Source: the human T2T-CHM13v2.0 reference genome, Homo sapiens
NCBI RefSeq assembly: GCF_009914755.1
Contig: NC_060932.1
DNA: 64,000 nucleotides
Reading direction: 5' to 3' (one strand)
The notes under the pieces were generated by a model. That model searched no databases. It saw only the letters and a program-made list of their open reading frames with translations, and was not told the origin of the DNA. Below, one piece after another: positions 44,177 to 55,656 of this stretch. The position numbers and the translations under genes were made by a program. The stretch's first letter is position 1. Each line of letters opens with the position of its first letter.

Positions 44177-44751
44177 TTGCAATAAAGATAAGATTCTAGC
44201 ACAATACATTCTTCATCTGTTTATTGTTGTTGTTTTTGTTTTTGTTTTGATGCTGGTGTAAACAAACCCACTGCACTGCCAATCATATAAAAGTACAACA
44301 CATGCAATGAAGTGTAGTACGTAATACTTGATAATGATAAGTGACTATGTTACTGATTACTATACATTTTGTATTAGATTTTACTCTAATTATAAAAAAA
44401 ATTAACAGTCAACAGCCTTACGCAAGTCTTGCAGGAGGCGTTCTAGAAGAAGGCATTGTCATCATAGGAGGTGACAGCTCCATGTGCTATTGCCCCTGAA
44501 GACCTTCCAGTGGGACAAGATGTGGAGGTGGAAGACAGTGACATTAGTAATCCTCACCCTGTGTAGGCTGAGGTCAATATGTGTGTTTGTGTCTTGGTAT
44601 TTAACAAAATATTTAAAAAGTTTTAAAAAAATTAAACAGTAGAAACTTACAGAATATATACAAAAAATATTTCTGTGCAGCTATAGTGTTTGTTTTAGAC
44701 TGTTATAACAAAAAGTTTTAAAAAAAAGTCTGTAAAGAGTTACAGTAAGCT

Positions 44752-45042
44752 GGCCGGGCTCAGTGGCTCACACCTGTAATCCCAGCACCTTGGGAGGCTG
44801 AGGTGGGTGGATCACCTGAGGTCAGGAGTTTGAGACCGCCCTGGCCAACACGGTGAAACCCCTTCTCTACTAAAAATACAAAAATTAGCCAGACGTGGTG
44901 GCAGGTGCCTGTAACCCCAGCTACTCAGGAGACTGAGGCAGGAGAATCACTTAAACCCGGGAGGTGGAGTTTGCAGTGAGCTGAGTGCCACAGCACTCCA
45001 GCCTGGGTGACAGAGTGAGACTCTGTCCCCCACCCCAAAAAG
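44752..45042 (+). mobile_element. Alu (AluSx-like) with 16-bp TSD
   Basis: Full dimer; TSD agagttacagtaagct at 44736-44751 and 45043-45058. Confidence 0.97.
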
Positions 45043-45380
45043 AGAGTTACAGTAAGCTGTTTATTATTGAAGAAAGAAAAGTGTTTTTATAAATTTAGGG
45101 TGGCCTAAGTAGATAGTGTTAATGAAGTCTGTAGTAGTGTACGGTCACGTCCTAGAAATTAACATCCACTGACACACAGGGCAATTTACAGTCCCGCAAG
45201 CTCCATTCATGGTAAGTCCTATGCAGGTGTACCCTTTTTAATCTTGTATACCATATTTTTACTGTACTTTTTCTATATTTAGATATGCTTAGATACACAA
45301 ATAGCATTGTGTTACAACTCCCTACAGCATTCAGTATAGTAACATACTGTGCATCTTTTAACCTAGGAGAAATAGGCCAG

Positions 45381-45545
45381 ATCTATCTCCCTATCCCTGT
45401 ATCCCTCTAACCAACTAACCACTTACCCACCCAATCATTCATCCATTCCTCAATCCAACCATTCATGTATCCATCTACCTATCCAACCATGTGATCATCC
45501 AATCACCAATCCCCTAACCCAACTACTGATCCATCCATCCATCCA
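45381..45545 (+). repeat. Local duplicate of 45847-45983 inserted in Tigger3b
   Basis: Shares 'atctatctccctatc', 'accacttacccacccaatcattcatccattc', 'tatccatctacctatccaaccatgtgatcatc' in the same order. Confidence 0.85.
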
Positions 45546-45846
45546 AATACCATAGAGCCTAGGTGTGCAGGAAACTACAGCATCTGAGTTTATATAGATG
45601 TACTCTATGATGTTCCCACAATGACAAAATCACCTAACGGTGCACTTGTCAGAAGGTAACCCTATCATTAAGTGATGTGTATTGGACACATCACTGTATC
45701 GGACAACAGCAATTTTAAAACCTGTGAATCAAAAGACACCATTAAGAAAGCAAAATAAGCCATTTGCCTCCTTCTCCGTCATCCTATTCAATGTGTGACA
45801 CTAAAAGAGTCAGTACAACACAGCAACTTCCAGTGGCTTGTGGTAC

Positions 45847-46080
45847 ATCTATCTCCCTATCTACACATCTCTCTAACCAACCACTTACCCACCCAATCAT
45901 TCATCCATTCATTAATTCAGCCATTCATCTATCCATCTACCTATCCAACCATGTGATCATCTCCTCACCAACCCAACCCAACTGTTCCTTCAACCATCTG
46001 TCCATCCGTCCATTCAACCATCCATCTATCTATCCATCCACCCATTGACCTATCCATATCTATTTGTCTATCCATATGTT
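45847..46080. repeat. Degenerate (TCCA/TCTA)n low-complexity tract
   Basis: Directly visible. Confidence 0.85.
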
Positions 46081-46692
46081 CTTCCATCTTTCCGTTCATG
46101 TGTAACTATGTATATAAACACACACGTGCACGTACACACATACACAGTTGAAAAGCAAACAATATAGCTACAAAAAGTGCATGACTTTTCGCCTTCAATT
46201 CCTTGATTAATGTTCGTAGGTCACTAAGTGGGTGTGACCTTCTGCAAGTCTGTAGAACGTAGCTATTAATAATAATACCACATGACGTAGCTGTGATGTG
46301 AAGTACAAGCACCCTGCACCCTGAAGTGTTATCTAGAAGTCAGTGCATTTTCTTCTCATGATGTCTTTCGAAAGGGTGGAAGATCTTTAGATCTGTGACT
46401 TCATTCAGTTTACTTTTCCCTCTGTCCATACTTGTCACAAAACAAATTTTGACCTTTTGTCACCAATGAGTTTTTTTCATAGACATGAATTATCTAGAAT
46501 TATAACCATCTTGTGATCTAATTTAAAGACAAGAAATTCCTGGCCACACTTTTAAATGTGGAAACATATACTTCTCTGTCCTCAGGAGACATGGGGGCCA
46601 AATATAAGCCAGGTTCAGAGAATTATGTCCGGATAATTTGCTCCCCCTAAGCAAGGATTGTTTTGTATCTGGTCACTTTATAAGGAGTTTGA

Positions 46693-46816
46693 CATGTTGT
46701 CCTACAGACACAGTTGTATGAAATTTGAGAATGGCATTGGAGTAGCTGTTCTCTCCATGTTGTCTTACAGATACAGTTGTATGCAATTTGAAAATGGCTT
46801 GGGGTAGCTGTTCTCT
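46693..46816. repeat. Tandem duplication, 2 x ~62 bp
   Basis: catgttgtcctacagacacagttgtatgaaatttgagaatggcattggagtagctgttctct / catgttgtcttacagatacagttgtatgcaatttgaaaatggcttggggtagctgttctct. Confidence 0.92.
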
Positions 46817-47532
46817 TCCCCTGCCTGGTCCTGGACATTCACGTGATGAAGAATACTATTGTGTGCCAATCTAAGTAGCAGGTTCTAAGCACATTTCAAT
46901 GATGTTATCATATTCTTCCCTTCTCAGATAATAATTTGAATTTTTCTAAACTCCTCGAGCTTGGTAAATATTACTTTAGAAGTTCTATAAAAAGAAAAAA
47001 AATAGCAAAATGGATTACCATTAAAACTTGCTTAATATTCATATCACAGGATTTCGAGCACATTGTCTGATACTTAGTACTAGTCATAGTATGCTGACAA
47101 AGGCAGTCATAAAAGGGACAGCATGTTCTATTTTACTGAAAACAGTTTGTGGAGTTACACTTCTGCAAGATTATAAAGTAACAGGAAACTCAAAAAGACA
47201 CTGCTTTTGAAGATGTGTTACCACAAGCTAGCGTACTGCAAAGTTCCCCTGGAACATTTTAATTCTTCTCTTAGATCCAGAAAATGGAAAGGTGTTTCAG
47301 ATAAAACACTTCTCAAGATATTGGTGGAAAATGGGAATATCGGGTTTAATAACCCTGGAGCCAAGATTTTAAAAAATAAGAGGTAGTGCAAGAAAGCAAT
47401 AATCTCAAATTGTTACTGTTATTCTACCCTTATCTTTTCATCTTCAGACCGGCACTTTTACATGGGTAACAAACCCTAGCTTACTTACAACCGCACTCAT
47501 TAATTCCCTTCAGCCTAATTCTATGTTCCCTC

Positions 47533-47974
47533 TGTGTGGGGAGACAATTTTTCATGGGTCTCCTGTATCTCTGTGTAGTCTTGTGATGTATGGAAGTGAC
47601 TTCTCCTTGTTCCAGACTACTGTTTCAGGAATGCTTGTATAGCCAACATCTTCAGAAGGCAGAGTGTCTCTCTATAAAGCAAAGGGCAGGCAGGCTTACT
47701 GCCCATTATTAAAGATTTGGTTTCCCAACCTCAGGGTTCCATTACACATGCAAGTGACATCTGGACTTCCTGTGTCATCCCGAGGGAATCAGGACTCAGG
47801 GAACCTGCACAAAAATGATGATGCTCTGACTACTGCTCATGCCATGAGTACTAACCTGTCCTTCACTGTTGATTCCAGAGGCTCATGGCTTCTATCAGAA
47901 CCTGGGAAACTATAGAAAGCTAATTTGTTAGTTTGCAAGCAGGGTAAAACCTCAGACCCTTAACAGTTCTTCAC
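47533..47974 (+). mobile_element. LTR40-like ERVL solo LTR
   Basis: 'gggagacaatttttcatgggtctc', 'agcaaagggcaggcaggcttactgcccattat', ends 'agggtaaaacctcagacccttaacagttcttcaca'. Confidence 0.75.
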
Positions 47975-48189
47975 ACAACACAAACTCCAAAATCATCCAG
48001 GTTTGAAAGCTTAGAGTTAAAAGCCTCATACCAATTAATTGACAAGTATTGATTATATTAAAGTCAAGTATTGATAATGGCATTGGAAATCTTACTAGTT
48101 ATAAGTGCATTACATATATATATTACATGCATGTATGTATACATGCATATGTAGCCTTCATTATTATGTATTGTCTCTCTACATACAGA

Positions 48190-48305
48190 ATATTTGAGGT
48201 GCAGAGAAAGCAAATAACTTTCCCCAATTTACCCAACTAGTACCTAGTGGACCTGAGATTCCAGCCCCCTATGCTTGTCGTCTCCACCTGAGCCCTTACC
48301 CACCC
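48190..48305 (-). mobile_element. MIR fragment
   Basis: 'tgaggtgcagagaaagcaaataactttccccaatttacccaactagtacctagtggacctgagattc'. Confidence 0.55.
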
Positions 48306-48651
48306 TGCTATATATGTCTGTAACTGATTTTCTTCTTTTTCCGCTTCATTCTTTGGGCACTATCATTTCTAGGCATCTAGAGAACCAAATATCTCATGGT
48401 CTAACTTCATAGTCCCATAGTGAACTAACTTCATAGTGCCTATTGTAAAATAGGCACACAATTTACTGATGTAATATACTAAATTAGTAATATAAGCATT
48501 CTGAGCTAATCACTCTAAAGATTCCTCTGTTCCCTAAAAAAGCCAAAATGGTAGCCAGGAGAAGAGATTCATTGTAGCTTGAAGGATCTAGGAAAGATGT
48601 CTAGAGAATAAAGCACAAATTTGAGTAAATTAGTGCCACTGAATATTCACA

Positions 48652-49206
48652 GTGGTATTTGGTTTTCTGTTCCTGTTTTAGTTTGCTAAGGATAATGGCC
48701 CCCAGCTCCATCCATGTATCTGCAAAGGACATGATCTCATTCATTTTTATAGCTGCATAGTATTCCATGGTATATATGTACCACATTTCCTTTATCCAGT
48801 CTATCATTAATGGGCGTTTAGACTGCACACCTACAACCATCTAATCTTTAACAAACCTGACAAAACAAGCAATGGGGAAAGAATTCCCTGTGTAATAAAT
48901 GCTGGGAGAACTGGCTAGCAATATGTAAAAAAAGTCAAACTGGGCCCCATTCTTACACCATATATCAATATAAAAATCAACTCAACATGGATTAAAGACT
49001 TAAACGTAAAACCAAAACTATTAAAATCCTAGAAGAGAACCTAGGCAATACCATTCAGGACACAGGCAAAGGTAAGTGTTTCATAATGAAGATGCCAAAA
49101 GCAATTGCAACAAAAGCAAATTTTGACAAATGGGATCTAATTAAACTAAAAAGCTTCTGCACAACAAAAGATACTCTCTACAGAGTAAACAGACGGCCTA
49201 CAGAAT
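48652..49206 (-). mobile_element. Older L1PA fragment with inversion (minus 48652-48821; plus 48822-49206), lacking 3'UTR and poly(A)
   Basis: Minus ORF 48601-48840 encodes [20 protein letters not shown] (ORF2 C-terminus); plus part 'cacacctacaaccatctaatctttaacaaacctgac...gagtaaacagacggcctacagaat'. Confidence 0.88.
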
Positions 49207-49458
49207 CAGAATAATATAATTTTATATCTTTCTTGCAAAACATATCTCATTGAGAATGCTGTTATACAAGATTATTGACTATTCATGACATCCTGCTTTA
49301 ATTCAAAGGTCAGTGGGCTTCTCCATTAGAAATTCTATTTTCTTACTTCAAAATTAGACTTGGAAATATAAGATTACATTCCAATTTCATAAATGGAATA
49401 TATTTATATATAAATTTTTAAGCTGCATTTTGAATGATTTTAAAAAATAATTCTAATA

Positions 49459-49651
49459 TAGGGGTGCCATATTTGGCAAATAAACATATAGACTATACAG
49501 TTAAATTAGAATTTCAAATAAACAGTATTTTTGTTAGGATAAATAATATGTCCCATGTGAAATTTGGACATACTTATACTGAAAAAGTTATCCATTTTCT
49601 ATCTGAAACTTATATTCAACTGGTGGTTCTATATTTTACCTGAAAACACTG
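49459..49651. mobile_element. MER53 palindromic hAT MITE
   Basis: 'ggtgccatatttggcaaataaa...cagttaaattagaatttcaaataaac...tatgtccca...ggacatacttatactgaaaaag...tatctgaaac...tattttacctgaaaacact'. Confidence 0.75.
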
Positions 49652-50359
49652 TGTTACTATAAAATTACAGAAAGTGGTGAGTTTAAAAGTCACAGAAGTT
49701 CAGACTGATATCAGCTTATCTTTTAGTATAGAAATAGATGTAGATGTAGAGATAGAGGTACTCTTACAGATATATGAATTCCTCATTATCTCATACAATT
49801 ATAACACATTCCCACATATGCTTTCTTTTTGATTAATAAAAAAGAATAGCGATGCTGAAATTTTATGCAGTTTAAACCATGACCACATTTTCTTGACCTG
49901 TAGTTATTATGTATTCTGGGAAGCTGTGCCATAGTACTCTATTTATCATAAAGTTTGTTTTATGTGAATATTCACACTGAATAGTGTCCCTGAATAATTT
50001 CAGAGCAATTTCTTCATAATAAATTATCCTTTTATACAGCCTGAACTTATATATCTCTTTTTGGACCAAGTAGTATAACCAAGTGCTTAATAAAATAACC
50101 CATGTATTTTTAGCAATTAGATTTTAATTTGATGATAAAAAGATTATGCTTTACTTAAGTCCCTAATCACAAAGTGCACAGAACAGCTTATCAGCTTTAA
50201 GCCCTGCAGACATCTCTGAACTCAGGAGGCATATAAAGGCCCCTGGACTAGATTGAGTTCCTTCCCTTCCTAGTTTTAAGTACATGTTTGAAGTCAAAGA
50301 TTAGGTCACTAAAGACATGCAGTAAGAGATTCCACAAGAACTGATCCAGTGAAGTACCA

Positions 50360-51180
50360 GAATTGGATAAAATTTACATGATTTACAGTGAGTAAACAGA
50401 AAAACAAAGGCCTAAGATTTTAAAACAAAAGAAAAAAGGGAAGGAGAACACAATACAAAAGGAGAACACACGATTCACTTCAGAAAGACATTTCTGAAGT
50501 ATCTACTTTCATAATCCCAATTGAAAGCATATCTTTCAAAAAAAAACTATATGAAATCTTGGATTATAAGGCTATAGACAGATATGAAAATATATGGCCG
50601 AGGCAAAAAGAAATCTACGGAGACTCAGATTAAATATGGAATAGTTTGTATTTAATAGAATCAAAAGTTTAATTACAGAAATATATACTAGAATCAATTG
50701 AACAGAACCAATACTGTAGAAAATTCAATCAATAGAGCAGATAAAAAGCTTAAGAAACCACCGCATGTTCATGAATAAGAAAGACAAAGAGTTAAACATA
50801 ATCTGAGAGAAGATATAAAATAGGTATAATTAACATGAAATTGCATGTAATTTGTGTTCCTTGAAAAGACACAGAGTGACAAAAAAGCAACATTAAATTC
50901 ATAATATGAAAAGAGAAATTCTGGGATGGAAGGTCTGAATCTGCTAGTGGAAGAGCATTCTGAAGCAGCAAAATTTCCTTGAAAAAAAATCAAACATGTA
51001 GACCCCATCTGATGAAAGTTTTACACTTGAAGTAAAGGAAATAATCTTGAAGTATTAAAGTGGAAAAATTAGATCAATGACACAGAAAGAAAAATTCTGT
51101 TGAATGCAGATTTCTTCTTCCTAACATCAGAATTTTTCAGTTAAAAATATAAAAGCATATGACTTAAAATTCTATATTCA
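50360..51180 (+). mobile_element. HAL1/L1 ORF1-like fragment
   Basis: 'taattgtgttcctt'-like motif, 'tctgaatctgctagtggaagagca', 'gatgaaagttttacacttgaagtaaaggaaataatc', 'aaaattctatattcag'. Confidence 0.5.
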
Positions 51181-51285
51181 GTAATTTATTCAACAAGCAT
51201 TATTAAAGACCACTCTTGTACCAAACACTGGACTAGGGGTGCTATACTTTTAGGTCTTCATTCATGTTTGGAGACAACAGAAGGG

Positions 51286-51652
51286 TGTATCAGTCTGTTT
51301 TCATGCTGCTAATAAAGATATACCTGAGACTGGGTCATTTATAAAGAATAAGAGGTTTAATGGACTCACAGTTACACATGGCTGTGGAGATCTGACAATC
51401 ATGGTAGAAGGCAAAGGAGAAGCAAAGTCACATTTTACATAGTGGTAAGGAAGAGAGAGCTTGTGCAGGGAAACTCCTTTTTATCAACCATCACATCTCA
51501 TGAGACTTATTCACTATCATGAGAAGAGCATGGGAAAGACCTACCCCCATTATTCAATTACCTTCCACCAGGGTCTCTCCCATGACAAGTGGGAATTGTG
51601 GGAACTACAATTCAAGATGAGATTTGGGTGGGGACACAGCCAAAGCATATCA
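51286..51652 (-). mobile_element. THE1 (B/C-like) solo LTR
   Basis: 'tgtatcagtctgttttcatgctgctaataaagatatacctgagactggg...gatttgggtggggacacagccaaagcatatca'; imperfect TSD aaggg/aaagg. Confidence 0.92.
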
Positions 51653-52707
51653 AAAGGCTTAGCAAGTAGACCTCCTACAGCCCTTTATGGGGGAGTATCC
51701 ACAGAATTCTCCCAGATAAATCACATTGAGGAACTCCAAAGAAGAGAATCTGCAAAAGTAATATAACTAGAAAATAATCAACCAGACATGTATCTGCTAC
51801 ACTGTGTCCTCTGGGTGGAGATTGTGGCCTTAGGGAGCTGACCTCCTTTACCATGGCTAATAGGAAAAGCTAGATGCATTAGTCCGGGATACTTTCCTAA
51901 GGCTGGAAATAGGAACGTGCTGAAGAGAAATGATTCTGTTTTCCTTAAATGGCAGGAGGCCCTTTGCTAAGGAGTGGAAGGCAGATACATTGGTGCTGTA
52001 TTGGATCCTGCCACAGGGTTCCAGAAAACAAAACTGGGCTCTCTGCTCCCAGAGGGTAGCACTCTTCTCCTAGATTATCCAATGTCCAGGGTCCCAAGGA
52101 GGGGCCCTGGCCTCCTGGAGCATAGTTTCCTTTTGTATTTTCCTGACATGTTTCCTCTTTCTCCCCTTTCCCAGCCCCATCCTCCAAAAACTTCCCATGG
52201 ATCAAGTGGCATTGCGTGCCTCACAGTAAGAACGTGCTGCTGTACGACTCACTCTAGAGGGAGCTTTGCAGGTTCACTCTACAGAGAGCCCCTCTGCAGA
52301 TGCTAGACACAGCCCCACCTGCCTGTCATAGCCTCAAACCACAGATACCACCTGCAATGGCACTGGCTAAGTTTTGCCATTGGGCCGAAGGATAAAAGGA
52401 CTGATGAGTAGCACACAATGCCATTTAAACTATTTTTATCTGAGTAATTCTTATAGTACGGTTATAAACCAGAATGCAAACATAATTTTATATGTTGACA
52501 TATAAGATTTCTAATCTAAAATAAAAAATATTCATCTAACTTTTCAGATGAGTAACAGCCAGTACTGGTTTAAAATTAATCAGTGTAAAAATTGCCCTGA
52601 ATTTCATGTGGGTGTCAATAGAGTTTATTTCTGATATTGATTATTACAAAAAAATTGCCTTGGATTTTTTTTAAATAGGTAAACTTTAGATAATGTAAAA
52701 ACAGTGT

Positions 52708-53165
52708 ATTACAATTCGCAGTTGCAAAAATGTGGAAGCAACCTAAATGCCCATCAAGCAATGAGTGGATAAACAAAATGTATATATACACCATGAAATA
52801 CTACTCAGCCATAAAATGGTATGAAATAATGGCCTTTGCAGCAACTTGGTTGGAGCTGGAGGCCATTATTCTTATCAGAGTAACTCAGGAATGAAAAACC
52901 AAACACTCTATGTTCTCTCTTATACAAGACAGCTATGAGGATACAAAGGCATAAGAAGGATATAATGAACTTTGGAGGCTCGGGGAAGGGTGGGAGGTGG
53001 GTGAAGGATAAAATACTACCTACTTTATGTAGAGTGTACAGTGTACATGGCTCAGGTGACAGGTTCACCAAAATCTCAGAAATCACTGCTAAAGAACTTA
53101 TCCACATAACCCAAAACCACCTGTGGGGTTCTGTATTCCCCAAAATGATTGAAAATAAAAATAAT
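52708..53165 (+). mobile_element. L1PB-like 3' end
   Basis: 'caattcgcagttgcaaaaatgtggaagcaacctaaatgccc', 'caccaaaatctcagaaatcactgctaaagaacttatcc'. Confidence 0.85.
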
Positions 53166-53178
53166 TAAGTAACAACAC

Positions 53179-53644
53179 TGTATTCATCTGCTTGGGCTTC
53201 CATAACAAAATACTACAGACTGGATGGCTTAAACCACAGAAATGTACTTTCTCACAGTTCTGAAGGCTGGAAGTACAAGATTGGAGTGCTGACTGGTTTG
53301 GTTTCTGATGAACGCGCTCATTTGCTTTCCAGATGGCTGCTTTCTTGCCTTCTTGATATGTCATCATGACCTCTTTTGGAGCATCTGAGGGAGCTAAGAC
53401 GGGAGGGAGGTAAAGCGGGAGAGGAGCAGGGAAGTGGGTGGAAAGGGATATGGAGGTGGAGAGAGAGCATGCAAACAAGAGCTCCAGCTTCTCTTCCTAC
53501 AAGGACACTAATCCCATCAGACCAGAGCTCCATATTTACGATCTGGTTGAATCTTAATGACTTCTTTATTCCAAATGCAGTCACACTGGGGTTAGGGCTT
53601 CAGGATATGAATTCTGGAGTGACCCAAACTGTCAGTCCATAACA
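53179..53644 (-). mobile_element. MLT1A-like solo LTR with internal purine-rich expansion
   Basis: 'tgtattcatctgcttgggcttccataacaaaatactacagactggatggcttaaac...cagtccataaca'; TSD aacac/aacag. Confidence 0.85.
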
Positions 53645-53789
53645 AACAGCATATATTATTTCTATATTGCAGATAGAGGAAAGGAGTGGTGAGCAAGCTC
53701 ATTCATGATAAAAGGAATAAGGAAAGACTAAGAAGGCATTAAAAGATGACAGAAGAGAGAGACTGTCAGTTAAGACTGAGGGAAAAAAT

Positions 53790-54550
53790 GGGAAAAGCTT
53801 CTCTTTCAAAGGCAAGAGTCTCAGATTGGATTATTTAATTTCCAAAATAAGCTAGCAACACCATGAAAACAAAGCAATCGACAAACGTTAAAATTAAATA
53901 TTCATAAGCTATGTCAAGCAATAACCAAAAGGCAAGGATTACAGTATAAAAAATAATGATGTAGAATTCAAAGTTAAAGACATTCATAATAGTTCATTAT
54001 GAATATATAACAGAAAAACATCCCTTCAAAAATGCATATCATAGAAATATACAACGCAAAAACTGATTTTTAAAAAAGAGAGAAATCGATAGGCATGAAA
54101 GGGAACCTTGTGCACTCTCACTCAGTTGCATTTTAAACAAGCAAAATATAGAAAATTTATTAAAATGCATTCAGCATAGGTTATCTACCACATGAACAGA
54201 ATGATATAATTTTTACTTGCAGCGTTCAAGAGAAACAAATGAAAATGTGTTTGAATTAATAAGAGAGCTCAGTAGGATATATGGATTACAAAATATACAA
54301 AAATCAGATGCTTCCCTTTATACCAGAGATAATCATTAGGAAAACACGATGATAAATATCCTTTTCCCAAAAACTTCTAAAAAATGTTGACAAGAAAATA
54401 AACTTTAAAGTAGATGTGCATAACTACATGAAGAAAACTACAGATCCATATAGAATGTCCTAAGAAATGGCTTAAATGGAAAATTCTTAAACAGCAAGAA
54501 ATATGACAAAACTGTCAATTTACCCAAATTATAAATTATATGTCATTCTT
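53790..54550 (+). mobile_element. Old L1M ORF2 fragments
   Basis: 'tctcagattggatt', 'gaattaataagagagctcagtagg', 'aactacatgaagaaaactac'. Confidence 0.55.
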
Positions 54551-54559
54551 TTATGGAAT

Positions 54560-54965
54560 TTCCTTAGTTTCCTAGACCTGCTATAAGGAAGTGCCATAGG
54601 TTGCGAGGCTTCAACGGCCGACTATTTTCTCACAGTTCTGAGGGCTGGATGTCCAAGACCAAGATGTCGGCAGGGTTGGTTCCTCCTGAGATCTCTTTGA
54701 CTTGCAGGCAGCCACCTTCTTCCTGCATCTTCATGTGGTGTTTCTTCTGTGCTCTTGCACATCTGGTGTCTCTTTTTTGTGTGTCCTCATTTTTTTTTCA
54801 ACAAGGATACAACTCCAGTTGGGTTAGGGCCCACCCTCAAAGCCTCATTTTAACTTAATCTCCTCTCTTTAAAAGCCCCATCTCCAAATTGTCACATTCT
54901 GAGGTTAGGATTTCAACACATGAATTTTGCAGGGGAGAACAGATGACAAAAATCAGCCCATAACA
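54560..54965 (-). mobile_element. MLT1B-like solo LTR
   Basis: 'ctcacagttctgagggctggatgtccaagaccaagatgtcggcagggttggttcctcctgag...gggcccaccct...cagcccataaca'; TSD ggaat/agaat. Confidence 0.85.
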
Positions 54966-54969
54966 AGAA

Positions 54970-55656
54970 TGTAGCAGGGAGTTAGTAAAAAATTACCAAT
55001 TGTGTTTTGTCGCCTGTCTTCTTCACAGCTGATTTGGATTCTGCTTCAGTGAGTTAAGGGCAGAAGTGATGTGCTCCATTTCAGGCCTGGCCATAAAACA
55101 AACTTTTTTTTGTTTTGTTTTGTTTTGTTTTTGCTTTGAGACAGAGTCTCACTTTGTTGCCCAGGCTGGAGTGCAGCAGCGGCGCAATCTCAGCTCACTG
55201 CAACCTCTGCCTGCTGGGTTCAAGCGATCCTCCTGCTGACTAGCTGGGATTACAGGCACGGATAGACCACCACACCCAGCTAGTTTTTGTATTTTTAATA
55301 CAGACAGGGCTTTACCACATTGGCCAGGCTGGTCACAAACTCCTGACCTCAAGTGATCTGCCAGCCTCAGCCTCCTAAAGTGCTGGGATTACAGGCGTGA
55401 GCCATGGTACTCGGCCCATAAAACACACTCTCAACCATCCCAGTTCTTCCTGCTTTCAAAGAGACTTTGAAGAACTTATATTTACATGGCAGCACATAAA
55501 AAAAAAAAGGTGCCTGGATTTCTGAGTTACCCTAGAAGGCCACACACACACACTTGCATTAGGTTGTAATAGAAGTAAGAAACAACTAAAACAACTATTT
55601 TTGTTTGGTCATTAATTTTTTCTTTTGTACTGCAGCAAGCATACATTAGACTAATA
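54970..55656 (+). mobile_element. Old MLT1 (I/J-like) LTR split by an Alu
   Basis: 'gggcagaagtgatgtgctccatttcaggcc', 'gcctggatttctgagt', ends 'ctgcagcaagcatacattagactaata'. Confidence 0.55.
55105..55416 (-). mobile_element. Alu (AluS-like) with (GTTTT)n tail and TSD
   Basis: TSD cataaaacaaact (55092-55104) / cataaaacacact (55417-55429). Confidence 0.95.

Larger units (their letters stand above)
44071..45696. mobile_element. Tigger3b (Golem-type) DNA transposon, interrupted by an Alu and a templated insert
   Basis: Starts TA|'cagccatgtgccacataatgacgt...gtcccataagattataatggagctgaaaaattcct'; internal 'cccctgaagaccttccagtgggacaagatgtggaggtggaagacagtga'; ends 'catcactg'|TA. Confidence 0.88.

Noticed and set aside
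46693-46816. Direct repeats here, at 13035-13095 and 45381-45983 as a CRISPR-like array
   Set aside because: Only 2-3 copies, no regular unique spacers, no cas genes, and the DNA is primate.
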